From: Enterobacter phage phiEap-3
Direction: 5' to 3' (one strand)
Sequence record: KT321315.1
DNA length: 64,000 nucleotides
Every line of letters starts with the position of its first letter. Position 1 is the first letter of the stretch. The translations under genes were made by a program, and so were the position numbers. Below the pieces are notes generated by a model, which was not told where the DNA came from, made no database searches, and saw nothing but the letters and a program-made list of their open reading frames with translations. Shown piece by piece: positions 27,677 to 35,847 of the stretch.

Positions 27677-29466
27677 TAATGGCTAACTCTTATTTCAACG
27701 AAGAACAAAAGAAAAAGTTTCTGAACAGAAACAACAGCAAACAACCAGCGGTCACCAAAGTAACAGCCTCCCTTGATGCTGAAAGCGCCCGTGACCTAAA
27801 GGAAATCAACGATAACACCCTTGAAAGTGCAATCAATACGCTTGATATCAAAGAAGGGTTGAAATCGTTCGAAGAAAAATTCCGTGACAAGTTCGCGGGG
27901 TTCAAAGAACAGTACGAAGAGGATAAAAAGGAATCATTAGCCGAACAACTACCTGATTTCGTCGGCCCGATCCGTCCTATATCCTTAACCGATGATAACT
28001 CAAAAACTGTTGACAATACAGTAAACGTTAACCAAAATGGTCAGTTCGGTAAGCTGGAAGAAAACACTGAATCTATTTTTCATGCTATCAACAAACTTGT
28101 TGATTTATATGAAAATACTGATAAGCATAAGCCGCTTCCTGAACCAGTGGAAGAACCTGATCCGTATGTTGACACTAAGAAAAAACGCATCATTGATGAT
28201 GAAGACAAAAGAAGCAAAACTCTGGATAGCATTGCTAAAAGTCTGGTTTCTATTAAAGGCTTTACATCGCAGATCCTTAGCCGTTTCATTGGTTACTCTC
28301 TGGAAGCAATGGCAAAGTTTGCTAAATGGACGCTCCTTATTGGTTCGCTAATCTTTACATTCGATGTGTTGCGCGTCACAATACGCAAATGGTTCGAAGA
28401 TATCCTGAAAGAAGGGGAATCCTCAAAGAAACTATTTGGTACATATCTGGGTAACGTAAAGGCTATCGTAACAAAGATTGAAGAAGGTCTGAACAACTTC
28501 AATATGAATAACTTAGGCGAATCACTTCGTGATTTGTTCGTTGAGCCTATGAAGCTGTTGGGGCAAACTGTACAAACGGCAATCACTGAGGGTATCGGTC
28601 GCCTTATTCAATCATTGGGTGAATCAACTGGTATCGACAGCATTACCAATGCCGGACGCGGAATGCAGATCACCGCTTTACGTGATAAACAGAAATTTGG
28701 TCTTGAGTTGACCAAAGACGATATTATCATGATTAAGAAACAAGAACTGGCAGAACAACAGGAAGCATTGGAAAAAGAAGATAAAGCCATTGCAGCACGT
28801 CAGGCGTTGACGATCACTCCTAGCCAGATCCCTAATGGTTCGATTTACAAAGTAGCTCCTACTGATTATCAGGAAAGAAATCAGAAGATTGTCGATGCTG
28901 ACAAAGAACGCCTGGATACTATGAAAAAACACACCGACGAATTAAAAAGTCAGGTGAAATTGATTGAAGGCAGTGCAGAAGAAGCACAGAAGTTAGCCGA
29001 TGAGGAAAACAAACGCAACAGAGAGCGTGTTCGTCAGGCACAAATCGAAGCGGATCGCCTGAAACAAGCGCGTAAGGAAGGCAAACAACCGCCAGAAGGA
29101 TCCGAGAAAAAAGGCGATGATCTGTTGGGTAAAGCAACCAATTATGCTAACTCTGAAAATCTGGATGCAGCCGATATCAAATACATTAACGATGAACTGT
29201 TGGATCAGCTTGAAAAACGTCGTAATGAAGGCAATCTGGACGATGTACAGAAGGATAGAATCTCTGACCTTATCGAGCAATTACAAAACAAGATTGCAGC
29301 CCGTACAGAATCCAGCGCCCCGATCGACGCACAGCCACCGTTAGCAGCAAATAAACCGGATGCTGATAAAGCAAGCAACATTCAGGTTAACAACAAAACT
29401 GTTAACAACAACGTAACTCATTCAGTACAACGCACAGAGCATAAACCGCTCGTAGCGCTGGCATAA
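27673..29466 (+). CDS. 29: baseplate hub / tail-length determinant gp29-like
   Basis: 597 aa (T4 gp29 is 590 aa), extended coiled-coil low-complexity region; position before gp48. Confidence 0.6.
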   Translation: MIMANSYFNEEQKKKFLNRNNSKQPAVTKVTASLDAESARDLKEINDNTLESAINTLDIKEGLKSFEEKFRDKFAGFKEQYEEDKKESLAEQLPDFVGPIRPISLTDDNSKTVDNTVNVNQNGQFGKLEENTESIFHAINKLVDLYENTDKHKPLPEPVEEPDPYVDTKKKRIIDDEDKRSKTLDSIAKSLVSIKGFTSQILSRFIGYSLEAMAKFAKWTLLIGSLIFTFDVLRVTIRKWFEDILKEGESSKKLFGTYLGNVKAIVTKIEEGLNNFNMNNLGESLRDLFVEPMKLLGQTVQTAITEGIGRLIQSLGESTGIDSITNAGRGMQITALRDKQKFGLELTKDDIIMIKKQELAEQQEALEKEDKAIAARQALTITPSQIPNGSIYKVAPTDYQERNQKIVDADKERLDTMKKHTDELKSQVKLIEGSAEEAQKLADEENKRNRERVRQAQIEADRLKQARKEGKQPPEGSEKKGDDLLGKATNYANSENLDAADIKYINDELLDQLEKRRNEGNLDDVQKDRISDLIEQLQNKIAARTESSAPIDAQPPLAANKPDADKASNIQVNNKTVNNNVTHSVQRTEHKPLVALA

Positions 29467-29476
29467 GGAACATATA

Positions 29477-30550
29477 ATGAAGTTTTCTATTATTGATGAC
29501 AGTATAAACACTCTCAAAAATATTAAAAATCGCGGTATCCCCTCTGGGGGTGCCGCTATCACAGAATCCGTATTAAAGCAAACTATCGTTACCGCCGAAT
29601 TTCCGGCCCAACGTGCAGCAGGTATCGATAACGCTTATAATGCTTCGAGTCTGTATAATAACGGCCTTCTGTTCACTGCATATGATTTTAATGGTGTTGG
29701 TAGTAAAGACAACTATCGTTCATTACGTCAGGCAGCACAGAACCCAAAACAAATACTATCATCTGCGACGGGTAATATTAAGTACAAACAAGTGTTGAAT
29801 AGTTCTATTGGTACTATGGAACCTGTTTGCCAAATCCTGCTACCGCGAAGCCTGAACGATAATGAAGTAAACAGCCACCGCTATCAAGATGCAAACGATA
29901 GTTTCTTAACCAAAGGGTTGAGCCGTGTTGTTTCAAACATGGTATGGGGCGCTGTAGAATCCGTTTCTGGCGGTATTATGGCAGACCGAAGAGAAGCCCT
30001 TGATGTTGGTACTAAAGCCGCTTTCCAGGGTTCTGACAAGCGAACAAAGATGTATTACAATACATTCGTGATCGAAAGCCGTAACGATTTGCTGGAACTG
30101 ATTAAAATCTACTATCTGTTTACTGTTCTGGGATACGGTACAACTTCTGGCGGTACTGCTAAAGAGGTTGCTGCATTGGTTAAACAGTATTACGGTGTTC
30201 TGGGTGCTAAAACCGCTAACGCAATTAGCCCTTCCAGTAGCCCAGTAACAGCGTCAGATTTTGATAATAGTCTGGGTAACGATGTGGTTGATTTCATTTC
30301 AAACGTAGAGGTTATTAAATCGCCCCCTGTCTGGTTTATTCGTGATTTCCAGTCTGGGGATTCCTTGCGTTTACCTCATTCAACCTTTGGGCCAGCAGGT
30401 ATTACCAGTGTTCGCTTTGGTCGTTCTATTGATAATATTGTAAATACATTAAGAGAATCACCAAATACCCCGATCTCACTTGAGGTCGAAATTCAATTTA
30501 TGGAACTGATCGATATGCGTCAGGATTCTATTTTTGATACAAATTACTAA
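29477..30550 (+). CDS. 48: baseplate tail-tube junction protein gp48-like
   Basis: 357 aa (T4 gp48 is 364 aa); synteny 29-48-54. Confidence 0.55.
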   Translation: MKFSIIDDSINTLKNIKNRGIPSGGAAITESVLKQTIVTAEFPAQRAAGIDNAYNASSLYNNGLLFTAYDFNGVGSKDNYRSLRQAAQNPKQILSSATGNIKYKQVLNSSIGTMEPVCQILLPRSLNDNEVNSHRYQDANDSFLTKGLSRVVSNMVWGAVESVSGGIMADRREALDVGTKAAFQGSDKRTKMYYNTFVIESRNDLLELIKIYYLFTVLGYGTTSGGTAKEVAALVKQYYGVLGAKTANAISPSSSPVTASDFDNSLGNDVVDFISNVEVIKSPPVWFIRDFQSGDSLRLPHSTFGPAGITSVRFGRSIDNIVNTLRESPNTPISLEVEIQFMELIDMRQDSIFDTNY

Positions 30551-30556
30551 GGAGAT

Positions 30557-31423
30557 ATGATGTTTTACAACGTAGATGAATTTTTATCAGGTATGGCTAA
30601 TCGCGATTTTCAGCGTAGCAACCTGTTTAGCGTTGTATTTGCAACCAGCCCTGCATCACGTATCCTTGACAACACGATCGGTAGTATTCGAGATACTTTG
30701 ATTGATGGATCTATTAGTTCTATCAACGCGAACAACCCGAACGAATTCATTAATGCTATCACTGGCGGTGTGAGTAAATTGTTTAGTTACACCGTTGATA
30801 AAGCGATTATGTCGCTGAACAAAACAGGATTTAGCAAAATCATCGGGGCAATTAGTCCCCGTTTGATTACTTCCCTGTTTGGTGATAGCATGTATGGACA
30901 ACTGCTATCTGAATTCCGTGATGAAATGATGTATAATATGGGTTTAAGCATTATGGGAGTTAACCTCCCTGGTAAATCCATTGGGTACGAGTACGTTTAT
31001 AATGGTGGCGTACCTCAAATCAGATTCACTCGCCCTGAGAATGGGGAATTGTCGTTGACGTTCCGCACCGATTCAGAAGCCCGTAACCTGAAAATCTTTA
31101 ACGAATGGATTTCCGCTATTCGCGATGATGTAACAGGACAATACGCCTTCATTGATGAAGTGACAAGTACTATTCAGGTTAACTTACACGATCGTGATGG
31201 TTCACCGCATACAACATACGTATTTCAGAAGTGTTTGCCCGTCAAAATCAGTAACAGTGAATTGAGCTATGAGAACAACAACGAAATCTGGACGTTTACT
31301 GTTGATTTTGCCTATAAAACATCATGGGTTGTCGAGGCTGATAAAGAAGGCTGGGAAGGGTTCAAACAATCCGTAGAGGAAGGTTTAGCCATTGCAGCAC
31401 GTACCGCAATTACAGGACAATAA
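30557..31423 (+). CDS. 54: baseplate tail-tube initiator gp54-like
   Basis: 288 aa; synteny after gp48. Confidence 0.5.
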   Translation: MMFYNVDEFLSGMANRDFQRSNLFSVVFATSPASRILDNTIGSIRDTLIDGSISSINANNPNEFINAITGGVSKLFSYTVDKAIMSLNKTGFSKIIGAISPRLITSLFGDSMYGQLLSEFRDEMMYNMGLSIMGVNLPGKSIGYEYVYNGGVPQIRFTRPENGELSLTFRTDSEARNLKIFNEWISAIRDDVTGQYAFIDEVTSTIQVNLHDRDGSPHTTYVFQKCLPVKISNSELSYENNNEIWTFTVDFAYKTSWVVEADKEGWEGFKQSVEEGLAIAARTAITGQ

Positions 31424-31425
31424 AG

Positions 31426-31446
31426 GGGCTACGGCCCCTTTTGAGG
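31426..31446 (+). terminator. intercistronic hairpin GGGGCTACGGCCCC plus TTTT
   Basis: Stem-loop with a U-run between gp54 and the next gene. Confidence 0.45.
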
Positions 31447-31451
31447 ATCTT

Positions 31452-32195
31452 ATGTTTGATATTATTCGAGTAACATTACCATCAGGGATCAAACGATTCC
31501 CTATGTTTACAGTTAAAGACCAGTTTAAACTAATGCTGACCCGTATTGATATGGAAGGTCGGCCCCTTAAAGAGCAACAGGAAATACTGGATGAAGTGCT
31601 GGATCTGCTTTATCCTGGGTATTCCAAAACAGAACAGGAATACATTTTCAGCCGGGTGTATTGTGGTTCGTTCGGTAAAAACGTTATCAAGGTTGTGATA
31701 GGCGGTAAAGGCGGGGGCCACTCCGAAGCCTTCATGGTGATTAATGATATTCAACTAGAAAATGAATACAAGCTGAATGATGAAATCACATTAGGGTTTA
31801 ACTTCCCCCGTACACGCAATACAAGCGAAGAGTTGTTTCTTGAATGTATCAGTTATGTAATATACAACGAACAGCGCTATGAATGGACATCACTAACCGA
31901 AGAAACAAAAGAAAACATTCTTGATATCGTCGAACTTGATGATGTCGAAAAAATCGTTACTATGCTAACGAAATCGGTTGATGTGTCTATGCGCGGTAAA
32001 TCATTTAGTGGTATGTTAACCCTGTTCAAGATCCTGTTTAGTCGCGGGGATCTGGATGAATTTGTGAAGACCAACTATCTGCTAAATAAAAACGGCCTGA
32101 ACCTGGAACCTATCATGAATAGTAGCCCGATGGAAAGGCAAATTTATACTGCATTGCTTGCAGAAGACTTGAAAAAACAAGGTGCTGTTAAATGA
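31452..32195 (+). CDS. baseplate hub-associated protein (gp51-like by size)
   Basis: 247 aa from ATG 31452 (GAGGA SD); the track start lies in the hairpin. Confidence 0.35.
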   Translation: MFDIIRVTLPSGIKRFPMFTVKDQFKLMLTRIDMEGRPLKEQQEILDEVLDLLYPGYSKTEQEYIFSRVYCGSFGKNVIKVVIGGKGGGHSEAFMVINDIQLENEYKLNDEITLGFNFPRTRNTSEELFLECISYVIYNEQRYEWTSLTEETKENILDIVELDDVEKIVTMLTKSVDVSMRGKSFSGMLTLFKILFSRGDLDEFVKTNYLLNKNGLNLEPIMNSSPMERQIYTALLAEDLKKQGAVK

Positions 32196-32746
32196 GAAAG
32201 CATGAATATAAACACGTTGAGAAATATAATGTTGATTATCGTCCTCTGACACATACAGAGTTTACCCCCGACGCAGATTTTATCAAAGGGGATGTTTACC
32301 TGTATCAAAGAGAATATCTTTTCATTCTGGCACTTCTGGAAAGTAAAAATATTGATACCCGTCAACTGTTCATCAACTGTGAAGAATGTCAGGAAAGAAT
32401 TGAATTCCAGCTTAAACGCAATCAAATAATGGTTGAAGATTTCGACGATAAGCTATACGGCAATGACGGGATCGCGTTATCTGTTCACCCTCGTAAGACT
32501 GGTGATGAAGAGATCCCCGATCTTATCGATTACGTAATGATAGACGGCGAACAGATCATGTGGAGTGATTGCAGCGACAAAGATAAAGAAATGGTGTTGG
32601 ATGCAATCGACTATGCAACCTATAAATCGATTTCTACCGCCCTGGATAAGCCAGCAGTGGTCGCAAACATTCCGGTAAGGTGTTCGTGTGGACACAGCCA
32701 TATCGTCTCTCTGAGAGGCTTACAGCAATTTTTAAAGGTGGTCTAA
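32192..32746 (+). CDS. baseplate hub-associated protein (gp26-like by size), Cys/His cluster
   Basis: 184 aa; CEEC...CSCGHSH motif; ATGA-coupled. Confidence 0.35.
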   Translation: MRKHEYKHVEKYNVDYRPLTHTEFTPDADFIKGDVYLYQREYLFILALLESKNIDTRQLFINCEECQERIEFQLKRNQIMVEDFDDKLYGNDGIALSVHPRKTGDEEIPDLIDYVMIDGEQIMWSDCSDKDKEMVLDAIDYATYKSISTALDKPAVVANIPVRCSCGHSHIVSLRGLQQFLKVV

Positions 32747-33139
32747 ATGGGTGTAAATCTGAGGTTGCTATATAGCGATATAGAACCTAACATGCAACGA
32801 GATTGGAATAATGACGTAGCGGCCTCAAAAGGGGCCGCAGCAGTGAGAAATAGTTTGATTGGTATCGTAACCACGATCAAAGGTACACGTCCGTTTGATA
32901 GTAACTTTGGTTGCGCTATTAGTGATATGCTGTTTGAGAACATGAACCCTCTGACAGCGGAATCAATCAGAACGTCTATCGTATCTGCTATCCGGGCTTA
33001 TGAGCCGAGGGTATACAATCTTTCTGTTGAAGTCATTCCACAGTATGATGATAACTCAGTAACAGTAACTATCTATTACAGCATCATTGATGACCCGGAT
33101 GACGTAGAGCAAATCAAACTACAGCTTTCCGCATCATAA
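32747..33139 (+). CDS. 25: baseplate wedge protein gp25 (lysozyme-like fold)
   Basis: Collinear with T4 gp25 (LYSDI.P.M..DWN.DV, RPFD..FGC..SD.LFENM.PLTA, DDPDD.EQIKLQL). Confidence 0.9.
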   Translation: MGVNLRLLYSDIEPNMQRDWNNDVAASKGAAAVRNSLIGIVTTIKGTRPFDSNFGCAISDMLFENMNPLTAESIRTSIVSAIRAYEPRVYNLSVEVIPQYDDNSVTVTIYYSIIDDPDDVEQIKLQLSAS

Positions 33140-33140
33140 C

Positions 33141-33172
33141 AAAAAGCCCCTTCCTTTCGGTTGGGGCTTTCT
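33141..33172 (+). terminator. bidirectional terminator between convergent genes
   Basis: AAAAGCCCCTTCCTTTCGGTTGGGGCTTTCTTTT. Confidence 0.6.
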
Positions 33173-33173
33173 T

Positions 33174-33629
33174 TTAGAATTCAATGAATCCCATTAGTGT
33201 TTGATATCGCAATTCAAACGGGGAGATATAACTTTGCATCTGGTTTTGGTCGGATACGATGTAATAATACACCTCATCATTATCATCATATAGCGCTTCT
33301 TTGATGATGCAATAACGATCGGTTTCCACGTTCACATAAAGAGTATCCATGTACTTTGTAACTTTGGAACCCTGTGAACTGATTTCACGAATAGCGTTAT
33401 CTATGAAAAGCGACAATGCTTGCATGAAGTTATCAAACTCACCATATTCACAGCCCATAATAGAAATTGCAGTGTATTGGTGCCAGCCTTTGATTGTGTC
33501 TCCACGGCGGATCCATCCAATTTGTCTACCCCCGATAGATACACACCACACTTTACCAACTGGACTATAGAACCGCACAACTTCTTTTAATAACAGGGAC
33601 ATGATCCCACATTTTGTATAAGGATTCAT
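33174..33629 (-). CDS. hypothetical protein
   Basis: ORF. Confidence 0.45.
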   Translation of the reverse strand: MNPYTKCGIMSLLLKEVVRFYSPVGKVWCVSIGGRQIGWIRRGDTIKGWHQYTAISIMGCEYGEFDNFMQALSLFIDNAIREISSQGSKVTKYMDTLYVNVETDRYCIIKEALYDDNDEVYYYIVSDQNQMQSYISPFELRYQTLMGFIEF

Positions 33630-33636
33630 TTCAACC

Positions 33637-33861
33637 TCATTTCATATCAAGTAGCCAGGAAGGGCTAGTTTCAAGCGAAATCGCAGTATATTCGTATTTT
33701 ACAGTATAACCTTTGAAACCGAAAGGAATGATTGCATTTTCATTGAGATATTTTACTTTATGCTTTGCTTCTTCTTCATTCAGAGCAGCACAGACTGTTG
33801 TTTGTTCAACGTTACCAGCAGGAGAAGTAAATTTTTCAATGATGATGTATACGCAGTTCAT
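33637..33861 (-). CDS. hypothetical protein
   Basis: ORF. Confidence 0.45.
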   Translation of the reverse strand: MNCVYIIIEKFTSPAGNVEQTTVCAALNEEEAKHKVKYLNENAIIPFGFKGYTVKYEYTAISLETSPSWLLDMK

Positions 33862-33870
33862 ATCGTTTCC

Positions 33871-34167
33871 TTATTTCAGTTTCTTTCCGGTTTTGAGTTC
33901 ATATTCTAACTCACGAACTTTGATTCGTAAAGTCATTAAACATACCTGGTTCTGACTGTAAAGGTACTGGGTGATAACTTTGGTTTTCAACTTCTCATCG
34001 ACTTTGGAATCTTTGAGCCAATCAGACATCATCTGATACGTTGGGAGGTGTTCGCACTTCTCATCGTCTGACATCGCATCATACGTTGCTTTGTCCATCG
34101 GAGGCGGTTCCTCGAACGCGAGAGCGGGGGTTGCGAGAAGACTAAGTGCAAGTAGTAGATATTTCAT
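33871..34167 (-). CDS. secreted/periplasmic small protein (signal peptide)
   Basis: MKYLLLALSLLATPALA signal sequence; start at the internal ATG after the cassette. Confidence 0.5.
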   Translation of the reverse strand: MKYLLLALSLLATPALAFEEPPPMDKATYDAMSDDEKCEHLPTYQMMSDWLKDSKVDEKLKTKVITQYLYSQNQVCLMTLRIKVRELEYELKTGKKLK

Positions 34168-34181
34168 AATGTATTCCTCAT

Positions 34182-34236
34182 TGTTTTCGATAGAACCAAT
34201 ATAGCAAAAAGCCCCGACCGAAGTCAAGGGCTTTTT
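34182..34236 (-). repeat. terminator-plus-promoter cassette copy k
   Basis: Minus strand reads AAAAAGCCCTTGACTTCGGTCGGGGCTTTTTGCTATATTGGTTCTATCGAAAACAATGAGGAATACATTATG. Confidence 0.6.
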
Positions 34237-34238
34237 CA

Positions 34239-34523
34239 TCAATGCAAGAAAGATTTCACGTACTGTTCGATCTTTTCACGACATGTATCAACTGAGGTAC
34301 TTTCCGCAATTACGGCATGACATAACGCCTCACCGCCGACCCAGAAACTCATCATGTACTGAATATCACGACCTTCCATTTCTTTTTGATGCGCTTTGAT
34401 TCGATCGAAAGCGTTTTCGATTGTTTCAGTAGCAGTAAGCATTTCGGATTCCCCGTCAACCTCCGCCAGTTCCCCATCGATCATTTCGCTTTCGACTTCT
34501 TCCCAGTATACTATCGTTATCAT
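34239..34523 (-). CDS. hypothetical acidic protein
   Basis: ORF. Confidence 0.45.
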   Translation of the reverse strand: MITIVYWEEVESEMIDGELAEVDGESEMLTATETIENAFDRIKAHQKEMEGRDIQYMMSFWVGGEALCHAVIAESTSVDTCREKIEQYVKSFLH

Positions 34524-34538
34524 GCATTACCCCAGTGG

Positions 34539-35009
34539 TTAACCGTCGTAATCCCCGCCACAATTCACATCACCTTCAATGAACAGTTCGCGGTTATCAC
34601 GTAATAAATTATACTTTCTTTCGAGTTCAGGCCCGAACGCGTCGGCGTCGTCATACCAGGAATAGTTATAACATCCGGCTTCATCGTCATAATCTGGTTC
34701 ATCGCCGCGTTCATTGAAGTGAACAATTTTGATATCGTCCATCCCCAGTTCTTTCAACTTATCCCAGATATACGAAATCTCAACGCTATGGGAACCGAAC
34801 GCTTCCAGTGAGATCGTACCGTCGCTATCGACTTGAGGAACACCCCATTTCGAACGAGTATCATCGGTGATCATATCTATTAATGACTCAATATTATTCT
34901 CACCGTAGATATCAGCAACTTCCTTTTCTTTACCAGGACGAACCAGCCCGATCCCGATAATAAAGCTACTGCTTGAGCTATTGCTCACAAACCCAGAACG
35001 AATTTTCAT
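34539..35009 (-). CDS. hypothetical protein, MKIRSGFVSNSSSSSF-leader family, paralog 1
   Basis: Shares its first 17 aa (about 55 nt at ~85% identity) with the 38392..38907 gene. Confidence 0.5.
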   Translation of the reverse strand: MKIRSGFVSNSSSSSFIIGIGLVRPGKEKEVADIYGENNIESLIDMITDDTRSKWGVPQVDSDGTISLEAFGSHSVEISYIWDKLKELGMDDIKIVHFNERGDEPDYDDEAGCYNYSWYDDADAFGPELERKYNLLRDNRELFIEGDVNCGGDYDG

Positions 35010-35164
35010 CGCATCACCATATTACCAATCATGAATAGAGGGATTAACGCGAAGACGATACCCCATAGAATGACCTTATCTTCACGACGGTCGCACCCAT
35101 GATAGATAACACCTCCAGCGAAAACCAATACGACAACTGAAACGAACGCGAATAAAGAAATCAT
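35006..35164 (-). CDS. hypothetical small membrane protein (52 aa)
   Basis: ATGA overlaps at both ends; two hydrophobic segments; below the track cutoff. Confidence 0.35.
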   Translation of the reverse strand: MISLFAFVSVVVLVFAGGVIYHGCDRREDKVILWGIVFALIPLFMIGNMVMR

Positions 35165-35811
35165 TTGCGGGTATCCATTCTCATAGAAACTTCTTTCAGG
35201 ATCTTATTCAGATCGTGAAGCGCATCTTTTACGTTACCTTCATTATAGGTAAGCATATCCTGGTAAAGCCCTTTCAAGCAACGATTGATAACATATGCTT
35301 TTTCAGAAGGTAACATTGTACCAGAACGATTGTAATCTCTGAAAATGTCCATCATCGTGCCGTTGTTGCCAGATAATGACGGGTTGAAGTTAACCATACC
35401 GGACATCAAACTATCAATATACACAACGGTTGTGTTATCAGAACGATACGCGCCACCAACTTTAAACCAGTTGCTGAACACATACGGAGATTCCCGCACT
35501 TCGCTCAAATCGGTTCCGATTTCATCGATGTTTACACGAATGTTGTTAAAATACACCGATTCATCAATAGAACCAGGACGCCATACGATAGCACCGTTGT
35601 TATTTTTGAATCCGACTACATCAACCTGCCAGCCGTTATCTGTTAACCGGACATCATCAACGACGATGAAATCAGGTAGCTGTGAATGAAAGCCGATGTT
35701 TTCAGGACGGGAATTACGAAACCCATCACGATTGGAGAAATAAAGGATGTCACCTTGATTCAGTTCGCATATATTCATAAGATTTTTAAAGTCCAATTCA
35801 AGTAATTCCAC
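35161..35811 (-). CDS. hypothetical protein
   Basis: 216-aa ORF. Confidence 0.5.
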   Translation of the reverse strand: MELLELDFKNLMNICELNQGDILYFSNRDGFRNSRPENIGFHSQLPDFIVVDDVRLTDNGWQVDVVGFKNNNGAIVWRPGSIDESVYFNNIRVNIDEIGTDLSEVRESPYVFSNWFKVGGAYRSDNTTVVYIDSLMSGMVNFNPSLSGNNGTMMDIFRDYNRSGTMLPSEKAYVINRCLKGLYQDMLTYNEGNVKDALHDLNKILKEVSMRMDTRK

Positions 35812-35822
35812 AAGTCACCTCA

Positions 35823-35846
35823 AAGCCCCCTTTCGGGGGCAAATTC
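35823..35846 (-). terminator. hairpin AAAGCCCCCTTTCGGGGGC
   Basis: GC stem with a TTTC loop downstream of the vWA gene. Confidence 0.45.
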
Positions 35847-35847
35847 A

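Noticed and set aside
27690-29344. Antisense and alternative-frame ORFs within gp29
   Set aside because: They are embedded in a long, syntenic baseplate gene with repetitive coiled-coil sequence, which generates spurious ORFs.
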